From: Sedimentisphaerales bacterium
GTDB lineage: Bacteria; Planctomycetota; Phycisphaerae; Sedimentisphaerales; SM23-30
Strand: one strand, 5' to 3'
Assembly (NCBI GenBank): GCA_963666285.1
Contig: OY762711.1
DNA length: 64,000 nt
In this document: positions 1 through 11,708 of the stretch, in pieces
How the letters are laid out: every line of letters starts with the position of its first letter
Numbering within the stretch: position 1 is the first letter of the stretch
Notes under the pieces: generated by a model
Databases searched by the model: none
The model's input: the letters and a program-made list of their open reading frames with translations, nothing else
Told to the model about the DNA's origin: nothing
Position numbers and translations under genes: made by a program

Positions 1-1461
1 CGAGAAAATATTGTGAGTTGACATCATCAAGGTATGAGCTTCAGCCTGAGCTTCAACCGAAAGCGGCAGGTGAACAGCCATCTGGTCACCGTCAAAGTCA
101 GCATTAAAACCACGACATACCAGAGGATGAAGCTGAATAGCCTTACCTTCAATAAGTTTAGGTTCAAATGCCTGAATACCCATACGGTGCAAAGTTGGAG
201 CACGGTTAAGTAGGACAGGATGAGCGTGGATTACTTCTTCGAGTACATCCCAGACGGCATCATCACGTCTTTCCAGCATTTTCTTAGCTGATTTAATAGT
301 ATCAGCCAGCCCCTGCTCTTTTAATCTTCGGATAATAAACGGCTGGTAAAGCTCTAAGGCGATTTTCTTAGGCAGACCACACTGGAACAATCTCAGCTCA
401 GGACCAACCACGATAACCGAACGAGCAGAATAGTCCACACGTTTTCCAAGAAGGTTTTCACGGAAACGCCCCTGCTTACCTTTAATCATATCGGTAAGAC
501 TCTTAAGCGGTCTGTTGCTAGAACCTAGAACCGGCCTTCTGCAGCGGCCATTATCAAATAGAGCGTCTACAGCCTGCTGAAGCATACGTTTTTCATTTCG
601 AATAATAACTTCAGGAGCGTTAAGGTCAACCAGTTTTTTCAAACGGTTATTTCTATTGATAATACGACGATACAGGTCATTCAAGTCACTGGTAGCAAAG
701 TTACCACTTTCAAGCATAACCAGCGGACGCAGATCCGGCGGAATAACCGGGATAACATCCATTGTCATATTTTTAGGATCGTTATTGCTTTTACGAAGAG
801 ATTCAAGAATCTTCAATCTTTTAGAAATATCTTTTTTCTTCTGCTGACTGGAAGTTTTTTCCAGTTCTTCACGCAGAACAACAGAAACTTCCTGCATATC
901 AAGCTTGTCAAGAAGCGAACGTACAGCATCAGCTCCCATTTCAGCAACGAACACACTGCCGTAAGTATCCAAAGCTCTGCGATATTCTTCTTCGGTAAGA
1001 AGCTGCCCCAACTGAAGCTGGGTAGGACCTGGATCGGTAACTACATAATCCTGATAATAACAGATCTTTTCGATTTCGGCAGTTTTCATACTCAGGATAT
1101 TTGCAAGCCTGGAAGGCATAGCCTTAAAGAACCAGATATGTACGATAGGAGCCGCAAGTTTGATATGGCCCATACGTTTACGACGACAGCGACTGTGTGT
1201 AACTTTTACGCCGCAACGGTCGCAAATAATACCTTTGAACTTTGTGCCTTTATATTTGCCGCAAGCACATTCCCAGTCTCTTTCCGGGCCAAAAATACGC
1301 TCACAGAACAAACCGTCTTTCTCTGGACGGTAGGTACGGTAGTTGATGGTTTCCGGCTTGCGAACTTCACCGTAAGACCAGCTAAGGATATCATGCTGGT
1401 CTGCCAGAGAAATCTTCACAGAACCGTAATCATTTATGCGATCATAAATCGATTCAACCAT
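1..1461 (-). CDS. rpoC: RNA polymerase beta' subunit (5' part; continues beyond window start)
   Basis: Not in the ORF track because it has no stop in the window. Read manually from ATG 1461 (RBS AAGGAG): [52 protein letters not shown]; catalytic [12 protein letters not shown] near 70-105; directly downstream of rpoB. Confidence 0.98.
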   Translation of the reverse strand, partial: MVESIYDRINDYGSVKISLADQHDILSWSYGEVRKPETINYRTYRPEKDGLFCERIFGPERDWECACGKYKGTKFKGIICDRCGVKVTHSRCRRKRMGHIKLAAPIVHIWFFKAMPSRLANILSMKTAEIEKICYYQDYVVTDPGPTQLQLGQLLTEEEYRRALDTYGSVFVAEMGADAVRSLLDKLDMQEVSVVLREELEKTSSQQKKKDISKRLKILESLRKSNNDPKNMTMDVIPVIPPDLRPLVMLESGNFATSDLNDLYRRIINRNNRLKKLVDLNAPEVIIRNEKRMLQQAVDALFDNGRCRRPVLGSSNRPLKSLTDMIKGKQGRFRENLLGKRVDYSARSVIVVGPELRLFQCGLPKKIALELYQPFIIRRLKEQGLADTIKSAKKMLERRDDAVWDVLEEVIHAHPVLLNRAPTLHRMGIQAFEPKLIEGKAIQLHPLVCRGFNADFDGDQMAVHLPLSVEAQAEAHTLMMSTHNIFS

Positions 1462-1637
1462 TATTAACTCCTTGTTTTAATCTTTACTTTCGGTATGCTG
1501 TCTAAAGCTCACGGAATCATACGGCATAAATACCGCCACAAAATACAAGCCTTTTGCTCTTTTAGGCAACCGATATTAACATCCGATTTATCTCCGGATG
1601 ATTTTTTAATCCAAAAATAATCAAGCCAACAAACGAA

Positions 1638-4600
1638 TTAGAGGCGTTTCTTTTCGAGGAACATATTGAGTCCCAATCCCCTGATTTCGTTACAAAGTAC
1701 ATCGAACGATACAGGAGTTCCGGCTTCAAGCATATTAGTACCTTTAACCATGGACTCATAAATCTTGGTACGACCTTCAACGTCATCACTTTTAACAGTA
1801 AGCAATTCCTGCAGAATATAGGCAGTACCATAGGCCTCGAGGCCCCATACTTCCATTTCACCAAATCTCTGGCCACCAGTTCTGGCCTTACCGCCAAGCG
1901 GCTGCTGAGTAATAAGACTGTAAGGTCCGGTAGCACGAGCATGAATTTTATCATCAACCAGGTGATGCAGTTTAAGCATATACATATAACCAATAGTTAC
2001 AGGCTGCTCAAATGGTTCACCAGTTCGGCCGTCATAGACTGTTATCTTGCCGCCATAAGGCATTTCAACGAGAACTTCATCCTTAGATGGAGTACGTTTA
2101 CCTTCATCTATTTCAGCGACCCTTCTTCTGACATCGGCATTAGCGTCGGCAACAGCGACATGAATTTCTTCTTCATCAGCCCCATCAAATACCGGGTTAA
2201 TAGCCTGGAAGCCAAGAATCTTTGCAGCCCATCCCAAATGAGTTTCCAGAATCTGTCCAACATTCATACGACCTGGTACACCAAGCGGGTTGAGCAGGAT
2301 TTCACATGGCGAACCATCTTCCAGGAACGGCATATCTTCTTCAGGAAGAATACGAGCGATAACACCCTTGTTACCGTGGCGACCAGCCATCTTGTCACCA
2401 ACCTTCAAGGTTCTCTTGGTAGCAACATAAACGATAACTTTTTCGAGTACACCGCTAGGCAGTTCATCGCCACGCTTCATATGTGCAAGCTTACGCTGCT
2501 GCTCTTCCTTAAGATCTGTCAGCCTTCTCTGGTAAGGCTCCATGAAGTTAGCAGCAGCTTCTTTTTCTTCATCAGAATTAAGTTTTCCTGTTATCCAGCC
2601 CTGGTCAAAATTATCAACCTGTTCCTGAATAATTTCATCAATATCACTAACACCAAGTTTCTGAGCAGTATTCGGATCAATCGGCTGTATGTTAAATTTA
2701 TCAGAAACAGCACGAGACATTTGACGAAATACTTCGCAAATACGCGAGTTCATCTCAGCCTTATATGTTTCCATTTTCTCTTTGAGCTTGGCTTTCTGCT
2801 CATCGCTCATATACATACGACGAGAGAATCTCTTAGTATCAATTACAATACCGTATCCACCGCCAGGCATTTCCAGAGATTCATTTTTAACATCTTCACC
2901 GGTTCTACCGAAAATAGCATATAAAAGTTTTTCTTCAGGTGAAAGTTCACTCTTACTCTTTGGAGATACTTTACCAACAAGAATATCACCCTGATGAACA
3001 TAAGTACCGACGCGAACGACGCCGCCCTCATCAAGATTACCTAATGCCTTTTCAGATACATTAGGAATATCATTAGTAAATTCTTCACGTCCAAGTTTGG
3101 TTTCACGACATTCAATATCGTATTCCTCGATATGAATACTTGTAAAGACATCATTTTTAACCAGTTTTTCACTGATAAGAATAGCATCCTCAAAGTTGTA
3201 ACCGTCGAACATCATAAATGCTACACGAACATTTCTACCAAGTGCCAGTTCGCCGCCATTAGTAGCAGCACCATCAGCAATAACCTGTCCTTTTGATACC
3301 TTTTCGCCAAGCTTGACAATAGGTTTCTGATTGATACAGGTTCGCTCATTGAGTCCCTGGAACTTACGCAGTTCATATTCATCTGCTTCGTCAATAACGA
3401 TACGTTTAGCATCAACATAGGTGACAATACCATCACGTCGTGAAACTATAACCATTGAACTGTTACGAGCCACGATTTTTTCAATACCGGTAGCTATCAC
3501 AGGTGGTTCAGTCCTGAGCAGTGGTACTGCCTGACGCTGCATGTTCGAACCCATAAGAGCACGGTTAGCATCGTCATGTTCAAGGAAAGGAATAAGCGAA
3601 GCTGAAACACCAACTGTCTGGTCAGGAGCAATATCAACAAATTCAATCTCACTGGCGTCAGCCTGAGCAAGGTCACCATCAACACGAGCCAGAACAACAC
3701 CATCAGTTAACTTGGCAATACCATCTTCCAGCACATCCACCGGTGCAAGAATAGCTTCGATTTCTTCATCAGCACGCAGGTATACGATCTCTTCAGCTTT
3801 CTTACCATCAACCTTACGATACGGGGTAATCAGGAAGCCGTACTCATCAACGGTCGAGTAGATACTGAGAGAACTAATCAAACCAATATTTGTACCTTCA
3901 GGAGTTTCAATCGGGCAAATTCTGCCATAATGTGAAATATGTACGTCACGCACTTCAAAGCCGGCACGTTTTCTGTTCAAACCACCAGGGCCAAGAGCAG
4001 AAAGTCTTCTTTCATGAGTCAGCTGACTTAGCGGGTTAGTCTGGTCGACAACCTGGCTAAGCTCACCCCTGCCAAAGAAGAAGTCAATCGCACTGGTGAT
4101 ACTCTTGCTGTTTATAAGTTCAGAAATTCGGCTAAGTTCATTCATATCCTTAACGCTAATACGTTCCTGAACGCTTCTGCGAAGCTTGAGGAACCCTTTT
4201 CTGAGCTCATCAGCAGCAAGTTCATCAATAGTACGAAGACGCCTGTTACCCAGATGATCGATATCATCCAGCTCTACCGACTGATCGCCTGAACGAAGTT
4301 TCAGGATATAATCCATGGAAGATACAAAATCATCATAACGAAGAACCATGTTCTCTTCCGGTACATCCAGACCAAACTTTCGATTCAAACGGAAACGCCC
4401 TACTCTACCTAAACGGTAGCGGTTGCTGTCATAGAATTTTTCAGCAAAAAGCTGTGCAGCTTTCTCGGGATTAGTAGGATTACCCGGACGCAACCTTGAA
4501 TATATTCTCAACAGAGCCTGCTCGTGATCCTCGCAAGGATCTTCAGCCAGAGTGTTGATTATAATCATATCTTTTTTATTGCCGGTACCCTTGACAATAC

Positions 4601-5414
4601 ACTCACAAATCTCAACTTCTTTCAAAGTTGACTGCTGTATAGTCTCGAGCTTTTCACCAATCTGGCACCCTGGTCTGACCAGTTCTTCACCAGTTTCGGT
4701 GTCAATTATGCCGCCAACAGCCCACATATCCGGATTAAGATCAGTAACCGAAACATTTTTAGTTTCATAGAATTCGCGAATGATACTTTCTGTTGTACCG
4801 AACTTTTCGTCCATTGCACGCAGAAAAGTCGTGGCACTAAGCTTGCCCGACTGGTCAATGCGAATGATCATTACATCCTTTTTGGTAACGTTCAGCTCAA
4901 TCCAGCTGCCACGTTCAGGAATGATCCTGCAGGCATGAAGAGGTCTGTCACCTTCCTGTGTTTCAACAACGAAATCCACACCGGGGCTGCGATGTAACTG
5001 GTTAACGATAACCCTTTCAGCACCATTGATGATAAACTCGCCACCACCAATCATAATCGGCAGCTCACCAAGGTATACGCTATCTTCCATGACTTCATCG
5101 CTATCGTTACGAGTCAGTCTGCAGCGAATTCTAAAAGGACAGCCGTAAGTTAATCTTAACTGACGACATTCATCTGTGTTATAACGAGGTTTTCCCAGCT
5201 CATAGCTGATATATTCGAGAATATAATTCTCGTCGTAGCTTACAATCGGGAAAATTTCCTTCAGTAAAGCCTCGATACCAACCAGTTTGCGCTCTGGTGA
5301 TGGAATATCAGCCTGTAAAAACTTTTCATAGCTGATTTTTTGAACATCACTCAATGAGGGGATTTCGGTTTCTGCTTTGAACCGACCAAAATGGCGAATC
5401 TCCTTGAAGGCCAT
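1638..5414 (-). CDS. rpoB: RNA polymerase beta subunit
   Basis: Motifs [39 protein letters not shown]; 1258 aa. Confidence 0.99.
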   Translation of the reverse strand: MAFKEIRHFGRFKAETEIPSLSDVQKISYEKFLQADIPSPERKLVGIEALLKEIFPIVSYDENYILEYISYELGKPRYNTDECRQLRLTYGCPFRIRCRLTRNDSDEVMEDSVYLGELPIMIGGGEFIINGAERVIVNQLHRSPGVDFVVETQEGDRPLHACRIIPERGSWIELNVTKKDVMIIRIDQSGKLSATTFLRAMDEKFGTTESIIREFYETKNVSVTDLNPDMWAVGGIIDTETGEELVRPGCQIGEKLETIQQSTLKEVEICECIVKGTGNKKDMIIINTLAEDPCEDHEQALLRIYSRLRPGNPTNPEKAAQLFAEKFYDSNRYRLGRVGRFRLNRKFGLDVPEENMVLRYDDFVSSMDYILKLRSGDQSVELDDIDHLGNRRLRTIDELAADELRKGFLKLRRSVQERISVKDMNELSRISELINSKSITSAIDFFFGRGELSQVVDQTNPLSQLTHERRLSALGPGGLNRKRAGFEVRDVHISHYGRICPIETPEGTNIGLISSLSIYSTVDEYGFLITPYRKVDGKKAEEIVYLRADEEIEAILAPVDVLEDGIAKLTDGVVLARVDGDLAQADASEIEFVDIAPDQTVGVSASLIPFLEHDDANRALMGSNMQRQAVPLLRTEPPVIATGIEKIVARNSSMVIVSRRDGIVTYVDAKRIVIDEADEYELRKFQGLNERTCINQKPIVKLGEKVSKGQVIADGAATNGGELALGRNVRVAFMMFDGYNFEDAILISEKLVKNDVFTSIHIEEYDIECRETKLGREEFTNDIPNVSEKALGNLDEGGVVRVGTYVHQGDILVGKVSPKSKSELSPEEKLLYAIFGRTGEDVKNESLEMPGGGYGIVIDTKRFSRRMYMSDEQKAKLKEKMETYKAEMNSRICEVFRQMSRAVSDKFNIQPIDPNTAQKLGVSDIDEIIQEQVDNFDQGWITGKLNSDEEKEAAANFMEPYQRRLTDLKEEQQRKLAHMKRGDELPSGVLEKVIVYVATKRTLKVGDKMAGRHGNKGVIARILPEEDMPFLEDGSPCEILLNPLGVPGRMNVGQILETHLGWAAKILGFQAINPVFDGADEEEIHVAVADANADVRRRVAEIDEGKRTPSKDEVLVEMPYGGKITVYDGRTGEPFEQPVTIGYMYMLKLHHLVDDKIHARATGPYSLITQQPLGGKARTGGQRFGEMEVWGLEAYGTAYILQELLTVKSDDVEGRTKIYESMVKGTNMLEAGTPVSFDVLCNEIRGLGLNMFLEKKRL

Positions 5415-5519
5415 ATTGTTCTCCTGAACTTTTGAGGTTCCGTTTCTTTTAATTTTGATTTCAGCGTCCCGAAATCAAAGATACGGTAATATTTCCGGAA
5501 TAAACTAAACTTAAATTAT

Positions 5520-5555
5520 CGTATAGCCGAAGCCGAAACTGACATCGGCTATACG
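5520..5555 (-). promoter_or_regulatory. Strong stem-loop in rplL-rpoB spacer (attenuator/processing candidate)
   Basis: CGTATAGCCGA (5520-5530) pairs with TCGGCTATACG (5545-5555); second hairpin ATTACGGC-AAT-GCCGTAAT at 5576-5594. Confidence 0.5.
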
Positions 5556-5646
5556 GTATTCAGCACAATAAGCTGATTACGGCAATGCCGTAATGTCCAG
5601 GAAATAAGCTGTATTGATCTTATTATCCTGAAACAGAAAAACTGCA

Positions 5647-6048
5647 TTATGCAAGTTCTACAGTAGCACCAACATCTTCCAAAGCCTTCTTCAAAGCTTC
5701 GGCATCTTCTTTGCTCATGCCTTCTTTGATAGTCTTAGGAGCATTGTCAACGATCTCCTTGGCTTCTTTCAGGCCAAGACCGGTTGCACCACGAACTTCC
5801 TTAATAACCTTGATCTTCTGATCGCCGGCAGCTTTCAGAACAACATCAAAGCTTGTCTTTTCTTCAGCAGCTTCTGCTTCTGCAGGAGCAGCAGCCATAA
5901 CTACAGCACCACCACCAGCAGCAGGTTCAATACCATGAACGTCCTTCAGGTAGTCAGCCAGTTCTTTTGCCTGCAGCAGGGTCAAACCAACAATCTGGTC
6001 ACCAAGTGCTTTGATATCATCACTGAATGTTTTTGCTTCTTCTGACAT
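5647..6048 (-). CDS. rplL: 50S ribosomal protein L7/L12
   Basis: [27 protein letters not shown]; start moved to ATG 6048 (MSEEAK), which follows a GGAGA RBS. Confidence 0.98.
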   Translation of the reverse strand: MSEEAKTFSDDIKALGDQIVGLTLLQAKELADYLKDVHGIEPAAGGGAVVMAAAPAEAEAAEEKTSFDVVLKAAGDQKIKVIKEVRGATGLGLKEAKEIVDNAPKTIKEGMSKEDAEALKKALEDVGATVELA

Positions 6049-6174
6049 AATTAAATCTCCAATATTTTTCAGGTTGCGTTCCAATGGCCACAGCTACACC
6101 GCTATGTTTAACCCGCTTCGGGGACAGTCGGAAATCACAACGTTAAAATTCCATATTCTTTGTAAAAACAGAAA

Positions 6175-6699
6175 TTAAGCTGCGTCATCTTCCTTATCGA
6201 TGATAGCCTTAATACAGCCGGCAATAGTACCAGCCGGACCAACAACTGCACCTGCAAGAGTTGATGCCGGGCTCAATGCCAACTGAACCACCATACCCTG
6301 CTGTTCTGCACGAGACAGCATCTTGCTCAAAGCTTTTGCACCTGCTGCATCAAGAGCTGCACCTTCAACGAAGGCCCCCTTAATTTCAAGTTTATCTAAA
6401 GCTTTTTCCCATTTAACAATTTCTTTTGCCAGAGAAACAATATCTTCACCGCCAAAAGCAACTGCACAAGGTCCCTGGAAAAGCTCATCAATATTTTCAT
6501 GACCTAAAGCCTTTAGAGCACGAACAGCAAGTGTGTTTTTAACAACACAAACAAAGATTTCACTTTTTCCAAGTTCATTACGAAAATTATTGTTGTCATT
6601 ACCACTAATACCGAATAGTGAAATAACCATAAAATCTGAGCGGCCATCAAGTTTAGCCTTGGTTTCCTGCTCGATTAAACTTTTTATTCTTTTACTCAT
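6175..6699 (-). CDS. rplJ: 50S ribosomal protein L10
   Basis: VVKNTL motif, 174 aa, lies between rplA and rplL. Confidence 0.96.
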   Translation of the reverse strand: MSKRIKSLIEQETKAKLDGRSDFMVISLFGISGNDNNNFRNELGKSEIFVCVVKNTLAVRALKALGHENIDELFQGPCAVAFGGEDIVSLAKEIVKWEKALDKLEIKGAFVEGAALDAAGAKALSKMLSRAEQQGMVVQLALSPASTLAGAVVGPAGTIAGCIKAIIDKEDDAA

Positions 6700-6749
6700 T
6701 TGATGCCTCTTATATTCAATTAAGGTTTAATAAAATAACAGAAAAACCT

Positions 6750-7430
6750 TTAGCTAACATCCACTAAAACTGACGGACTCATTGTAGCTGCAATAGCACA
6801 TTTTTTGATATAAGTACCTTTAGCAGCAGTTGGTTTGATTTTTTTAATAAGATCGATAAAAGCCTTAATATTGTCAACGAGCTTATCATTATCAAAATTT
6901 AACTTACCTACAGGAATATGAACATTTCCACCACTATCGTTACGATATTCAACTTTACCAGCAGCGTATTCCTTAACAGCATTTTCAATATCAGCTGTAA
7001 CGGTACCACTCTTTGGAGAAGGCATCTTGCCCTGCGGACCAAGAACTCTACCGAGCTTACCAACTTTACCCATCATTTTAGGATGTGAGATAGCCACATC
7101 AAAATCCAGCCAACCACCGGCAACTTTAGCCACAAGTTCGTCACCTTCGGCTTCAATTGCACCAGCAGCTTTGGCTACTTCGATGTCATCACCTTCACAA
7201 AAGACAACAACCTTAAGAGTCTTTCCAATACCATGCGGTAATGAAACCGCCCCACGTATAGCCTGATCTGCCTGTCGCGGGTCAATACCAAGATGAACCA
7301 CACATTCAACTGTCTGATTAAACTTGGTTGTACCCCAGTCTTTCAACCTGGCTACAGCCTGATCCAGAGGCAAAGCTTCTTTTGAGAATGACTCTAGATC
7401 TTTTTTATATCTTTTACTTCTTGTTCGCAT
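6750..7430 (-). CDS. rplA: 50S ribosomal protein L1
   Basis: [38 protein letters not shown]. Confidence 0.98.
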   Translation of the reverse strand: MRTRSKRYKKDLESFSKEALPLDQAVARLKDWGTTKFNQTVECVVHLGIDPRQADQAIRGAVSLPHGIGKTLKVVVFCEGDDIEVAKAAGAIEAEGDELVAKVAGGWLDFDVAISHPKMMGKVGKLGRVLGPQGKMPSPKSGTVTADIENAVKEYAAGKVEYRNDSGGNVHIPVGKLNFDNDKLVDNIKAFIDLIKKIKPTAAKGTYIKKCAIAATMSPSVLVDVS

Positions 7431-7435
7431 TGATC

Positions 7436-7476
7436 ACCTCGTGAAAACGCTCCCACTGTTACAGGCCGTGGTATGC
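7436..7476 (-). promoter_or_regulatory. Putative L1-binding autoregulatory mRNA site upstream of rplA
   Basis: Minus strand reads ACCAC..GTGGGAG next to the rplA RBS; these words are typical of L1 operators. Confidence 0.4.
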
Positions 7477-7544
7477 CAAACCAAATTTACTTGTAATCAA
7501 GATTACAACTCAAAAGTAGCAATCTATCTGTTTTCTAACCTTTA

Positions 7545-7967
7545 TTATTCTACTTCAATACCCATGCTTCTAGCTGTACCAGCAATAACTCTCATAGCAG
7601 CTTCCACATTTGCTGTATTCAAGTCATTCATTTTTGTTTCAGCTATTTCCTTGACCTGATCCAGGGAAACTTTGCCAACTTTATTGGTGTTAGGCTCGCC
7701 ACTTCCCTTAGCAAGACCAGCTGCTTTTTTGAGCAGAACTGCTGCCGGAGGGCTTTTCAGTTCAAATTCGAAAGTACGATCTGCATAAACTGTAATTACA
7801 CACGGAATAATCATTCCCTGCATATCTTTGGTACGTTCGTTAAACTGAGAAACAAACTGCCCAATATTTACACCGTGCTGACCTAGAGCCGGACCAATAG
7901 GAGGTGCCGGAGTAGCCTGACCACCTGGGGCCTGAACTTTAATTTTACCTGTTACTTCTTTAGCCAT
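7545..7967 (-). CDS. rplK: 50S ribosomal protein L11
   Basis: [25 protein letters not shown]. Confidence 0.98.
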   Translation of the reverse strand: MAKEVTGKIKVQAPGGQATPAPPIGPALGQHGVNIGQFVSQFNERTKDMQGMIIPCVITVYADRTFEFELKSPPAAVLLKKAAGLAKGSGEPNTNKVGKVSLDQVKEIAETKMNDLNTANVEAAMRVIAGTARSMGIEVE

Positions 7968-8174
7968 TATATCCTCTTATACGCTTATTACGGTTAAAAC
8001 CGCAAATTAATTAATTTTCGTTACAGTACATCAACTCGCGTAATAGCTTTTATATATACCGATTTTGTTTATAACAGTACTCAACAAAGGCATCATGAGT
8101 ATACACAGTTATTAGAAGCAAAAAAATCGGTTAAAATTCCAATCAAAACTAGTAGTATTACACTATAAACTAAT

Positions 8175-8774
8175 TTATATTTTTTCAAGCTGCCAGTATT
8201 CGATATCCAACGGCGTTGCTCTTCCGAAGATAGTTACAATAACTCTTACTGTTCCTTTTTCAGTATCTAATTCTTCGACAGTTCCTTCAAAACCTTCAAA
8301 CGAGCCGCCTTTAATCTTAATACTGTCACCTTTAGCAAATTCCATTTGAACAGAAGGTGTATCACCTTCAGAAACATCAGCCTGGTGAAGCATCTTGGAA
8401 ACATCATCAGGTGACATCGGACTAGGTTTACCCTCAGTACCAATAAATTCACCTACCCCATTGGTTTCCTTAATGACAAACCAGCTTTTTTCCGGAATAC
8501 TGCCGTCATCATCGAGAATAAGCTCAACAAAAACATAACCAGGATAAAGTTTTCTCTCGTATAAACGCTGCTGTTTACCAACAGTACGTTTAACTTTTTC
8601 GGTAGGAACAAGCACTCTTCCAATGAGCTCTTCTAAACCTTCGACAGTAATTTTGCGTTTCAATGCTTCGCATACACCTGTCTCACGGTTAGTAGCAACT
8701 CTAAGAACACACCATACCATTTCAGGATTCGGTGCATCCTCCGAAGACTGCATAATTTCATTTGTTTCAGTCAT
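8175..8774 (-). CDS. nusG: Transcription termination/antitermination factor NusG
   Basis: YPGYVFV NGN motif, KOW domain GSFEGFEG..IFGRATP. Confidence 0.97.
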   Translation of the reverse strand: MTETNEIMQSSEDAPNPEMVWCVLRVATNRETGVCEALKRKITVEGLEELIGRVLVPTEKVKRTVGKQQRLYERKLYPGYVFVELILDDDGSIPEKSWFVIKETNGVGEFIGTEGKPSPMSPDDVSKMLHQADVSEGDTPSVQMEFAKGDSIKIKGGSFEGFEGTVEELDTEKGTVRVIVTIFGRATPLDIEYWQLEKI

Positions 8775-8859
8775 TCAGCACCCTGTTTCGTTAATTAAGC
8801 AGCCCTCCGCTGCATAAGTTCGTCATTTACGATAAAGTCTAAGCAAAAACAATAATGCT

Positions 8860-9270
8860 TTATACTGTTATTATACCAACAAATCTAAATAACTCGTGGA
8901 AAGTCAAATCAATTACGGCAATTAAAGCAGCCAAAGCAATAACAGTCAATATAACTACCTTGGTCGATGCTATAATTTCTTTGCGAGCCGGCCAATTAAC
9001 CTTTTTCATCTCACCTTCGGTTTCAATCATAAAATCAGCACATTTGGGCTTGTTCACCAGCAGGTAAACCAAAAAGCTTAAAACAATCAAAACACCAAGA
9101 GGAATAATAGCAGTCAGCCACTGCTTTGTAGTGACATTGATATTGCCAAGCCAAGACTCAAGACTGACTTTCAGACTATAACATCCAATAGCAGCAATAG
9201 CAATACCTGCAAAAGTACTGCAGAGTCTAGTGTAATACCCCTGTCCTTTTTTATATATGGTTAATTTCAT
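8860..9270 (-). CDS. secE: Preprotein translocase subunit SecE (3-TM form)
   Basis: EMKKVNWPARKE motif before the last TM; located between tRNA-Trp and nusG. Confidence 0.95.
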   Translation of the reverse strand: MKLTIYKKGQGYYTRLCSTFAGIAIAAIGCYSLKVSLESWLGNINVTTKQWLTAIIPLGVLIVLSFLVYLLVNKPKCADFMIETEGEMKKVNWPARKEIIASTKVVILTVIALAALIAVIDLTFHELFRFVGIITV

Positions 9271-9360
9271 TTTTATTTCCTAATGCGCCAAACCAAAATT
9301 TTCAATCAGACCTTGTCAATCCTATTTAACAAAATCTGAATATCGGCTTTCAAAGTCCAA

Positions 9361-9434
9361 CAGGTCAGGAGGGAATCGAACCCCCAACCTACGGTTTTGG
9401 AGACCGTCGCTCTGCCAAATTGAGCTACTGACCT
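9361..9434 (-). tRNA. tRNA-Trp (CCA)
   Basis: AGGTCAGTAGCTCAA..ACGGT-CT-CCA-AA-ACCGT..GGTTCGATTCC..CTGACCTG; CCA end not encoded. Confidence 0.96.
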
Positions 9435-9531
9435 AAAGTTTATACAATTAGCATCAATAATAAGCAGAAAGACAATCTAAGATAAAGAAGAGCTATATCT
9501 GCTAACAGCAAACTGTATAAGATGGAATTAC

Positions 9532-9699
9532 TTATTTTTTACGCAGCTTATGAACAGTATGCTTACGGTCTTTTTTACAGAACTTGTTAAGTTCCATCTT
9601 TGGTATGCCGCCCATAGTATTAACTTCAGTTCTATAGTTTCGACTACCGCAGTCAGTACATTCCATCCAGAAAAATTCTCTTTTTGTTTTTTTTGCCAT
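9532..9699 (-). CDS. rpmG: 50S ribosomal protein L33
   Basis: 55 aa read manually (below the ORF-track cutoff): MAKKTKREFFWMECTDCGSRNYRTEVNTMGGIPKMELNKFCKKDRKHTVHKLRKK; canonical tuf-rpmG-tRNA-Trp position. Confidence 0.95.
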   Translation of the reverse strand: MAKKTKREFFWMECTDCGSRNYRTEVNTMGGIPKMELNKFCKKDRKHTVHKLRKK

Positions 9700-9813
9700 G
9701 AAAATACCTGTTCTATTTAGCTATCAAGACAATTTCCATAATTAAACGAGTAAATATTTGAACTAATAATTATGAAAATTAAGGCTTTTATCTGCATTTA
9801 TATAGTTTTCCAA

Positions 9814-9849
9814 GGGCGGTCAGCTACCTATACAGGTTTCTGACCGCCC
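9814..9849 (-). terminator. Stem-loop downstream of tuf (terminator/stability hairpin)
   Basis: GGGCGGTCAG pairs with CTGACCGCCC; no long U tract. Confidence 0.45.
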
Positions 9850-9919
9850 CTGGTCAACTTATTTCACGAAATTAAGTCCGATCTTATGCTTATCAAAAGC
9901 AGGGATCGAAACCTAAATA

Positions 9920-11125
9920 CTATTCAAGAATCTTGGTAACAACACCAGCGCCAACAGTACGGCCACCTTCACGAACCGCAAAACGTACGCCTTCTTCCAT
10001 CGCGATCGGATTGATGATTTCACCCTGAATACGAGCGTTATCACCAGGCATACACATCTCGGCACCACCAAGCAGAGTAACAGCACCAGTTACGTCAGTT
10101 GTACGGAAGTAGAACTGAGGACGGTAACCGCTGAAGAATGGAGTGTGACGTCCACCTTCCTCTTTGCTTAGTACGTAAATTTCACCTTCGAACTTGGTGT
10201 GAGGTGTAATAGAACCAGCCTTTGCCAGAACCATACCGCGTTCAACGTCTTTCTTTTCAATACCACGAAGAAGAAGACCAACGTTGTCACCAGCCTGACC
10301 TTCATTCAGAGTCTTCTGGAACATTTCAACACCAGTACAAGTAGTCTTACGGGTCTCTTTGATACCAACGATTTCAACTTCATCACCAGTATGAATCATA
10401 CCACGTTCGATACGACCGGTAGCTACTGTACCGCGACCCTTAATTGAGAACACATCCTCAACAGGCATCAGGAAGTCTTTATCAACTTCACGTTCCGGTT
10501 CTGGGATATAGCTATCAAGAGCGTCCATAAGTTCCTGGATGCACTTGGTCTTCTCTGGATCATTCATGTGTTCGATTGCAAGACTTGCTGAACCATGAAT
10601 AACAGGACATTCGTCACCATTAAATTCATACTTGTCCAGAAGCTCACGAACTTCCATTTCAACAAGTTCCAGCAGTTCTTCGTCATCTACCAGGTCAACC
10701 TTATTCAGGAATACAACCAGACGAGGTACGTTTACCTGGCGAGCCAGTAGAACGTGTTCGCGTGTCTGAGGCATAGGACCGTCAGCAGCACTAACAACAA
10801 GGATAGCACCATCCATCTGAGCAGCACCAGTAATCATGTTCTTTACATAATCGGCGTGACCAGGACAGTCAATATGAGCATAGTGACGATTTTCTGATTC
10901 ATATTCCTGATGCGAAGTTGCAATTGTAATAACTTTAGTCGCATCACGACGACCCTGTGATTCTGAAGCCTTAGCAACTTCATCGTAACCTACAGCCTTA
11001 CCCAAACCCTTGCTAGCCTGTACCATAGTGATAGCAGCGGTCAGAGTTGTCTTACCATGGTCAATATGACCGATTGTACCAACGTTAACGTGTGGCTTTG
11101 TCCTGTTAAATACTTCCTTAGCCAT
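9920..11125 (-). CDS. tuf: Elongation factor Tu
   Basis: [33 protein letters not shown]. Confidence 0.99.
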   Translation of the reverse strand: MAKEVFNRTKPHVNVGTIGHIDHGKTTLTAAITMVQASKGLGKAVGYDEVAKASESQGRRDATKVITIATSHQEYESENRHYAHIDCPGHADYVKNMITGAAQMDGAILVVSAADGPMPQTREHVLLARQVNVPRLVVFLNKVDLVDDEELLELVEMEVRELLDKYEFNGDECPVIHGSASLAIEHMNDPEKTKCIQELMDALDSYIPEPEREVDKDFLMPVEDVFSIKGRGTVATGRIERGMIHTGDEVEIVGIKETRKTTCTGVEMFQKTLNEGQAGDNVGLLLRGIEKKDVERGMVLAKAGSITPHTKFEGEIYVLSKEEGGRHTPFFSGYRPQFYFRTTDVTGAVTLLGGAEMCMPGDNARIQGEIINPIAMEEGVRFAVREGGRTVGAGVVTKILE

Positions 11126-11245
11126 TTTCTGGTGTCTCCTTTATAACTTACTTCGGGACTTCCAACTATTATTTTTTACAAACTGTTTTTTCTAAATTCA
11201 GCCGATACCACAATGTATCGACTCAAAACTATTACAAATATCAAA

Positions 11246-11318
<73 letters not shown>

Positions 11319-11512
11319 AACCACTTTTTCAGTTTTTGCTGTCAGCCAAAGCAAAAGCTGATATCGATTGCCAAAAAAGCGGTTGCTTTTCACTATATTT
11401 TTCGAACCAGCTACAGCTAAATAATTCTACAGCAATAACTTAGCAAAATTACACAAATAATGCCGACACTTAGGGCGTGTCATAAAGCTATAGCTCCGCT
11501 ACAGAATTGAAC

Positions 11513-11542
11513 AATATACATCATGATGTCAGGTTTTGTCAA
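11513..11542 (-). promoter_or_regulatory. sigma70-type promoter for tRNA-Thr/tuf
   Basis: TTGACA-N18-TATATT on minus strand, with A-tracts upstream (UP-element-like). Confidence 0.55.
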
Positions 11543-11708
11543 AGTTTTTTTATTTTTTTTTAAGTTTTTTAAATAAATATTATTATTAATTGAGTGCTCT
11601 TTAATATTAGTAACAATATTCTTAGAGGTTGTTGTAGTAAGACTAATAAGATAATATCACATAAGATATTGTAATAAAACAATTTATACTATTATCTTGA
11701 TCGCTGTT

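Noticed and set aside
1138..2924. Long plus-strand ORFs (1138-1467, 1941-2924) opposite rpoC/rpoB, and similar ones opposite batD, batB and the DUF4914-type gene
   Set aside because: Antisense frames of conserved genes with no protein motifs.
11319..11510. Relic tRNA (GGTTCGAA) in the leader upstream of tRNA-Thr, where tRNA-Tyr/Gly often lie
   Set aside because: No T-stem, anticodon arm or acceptor stem can be formed.
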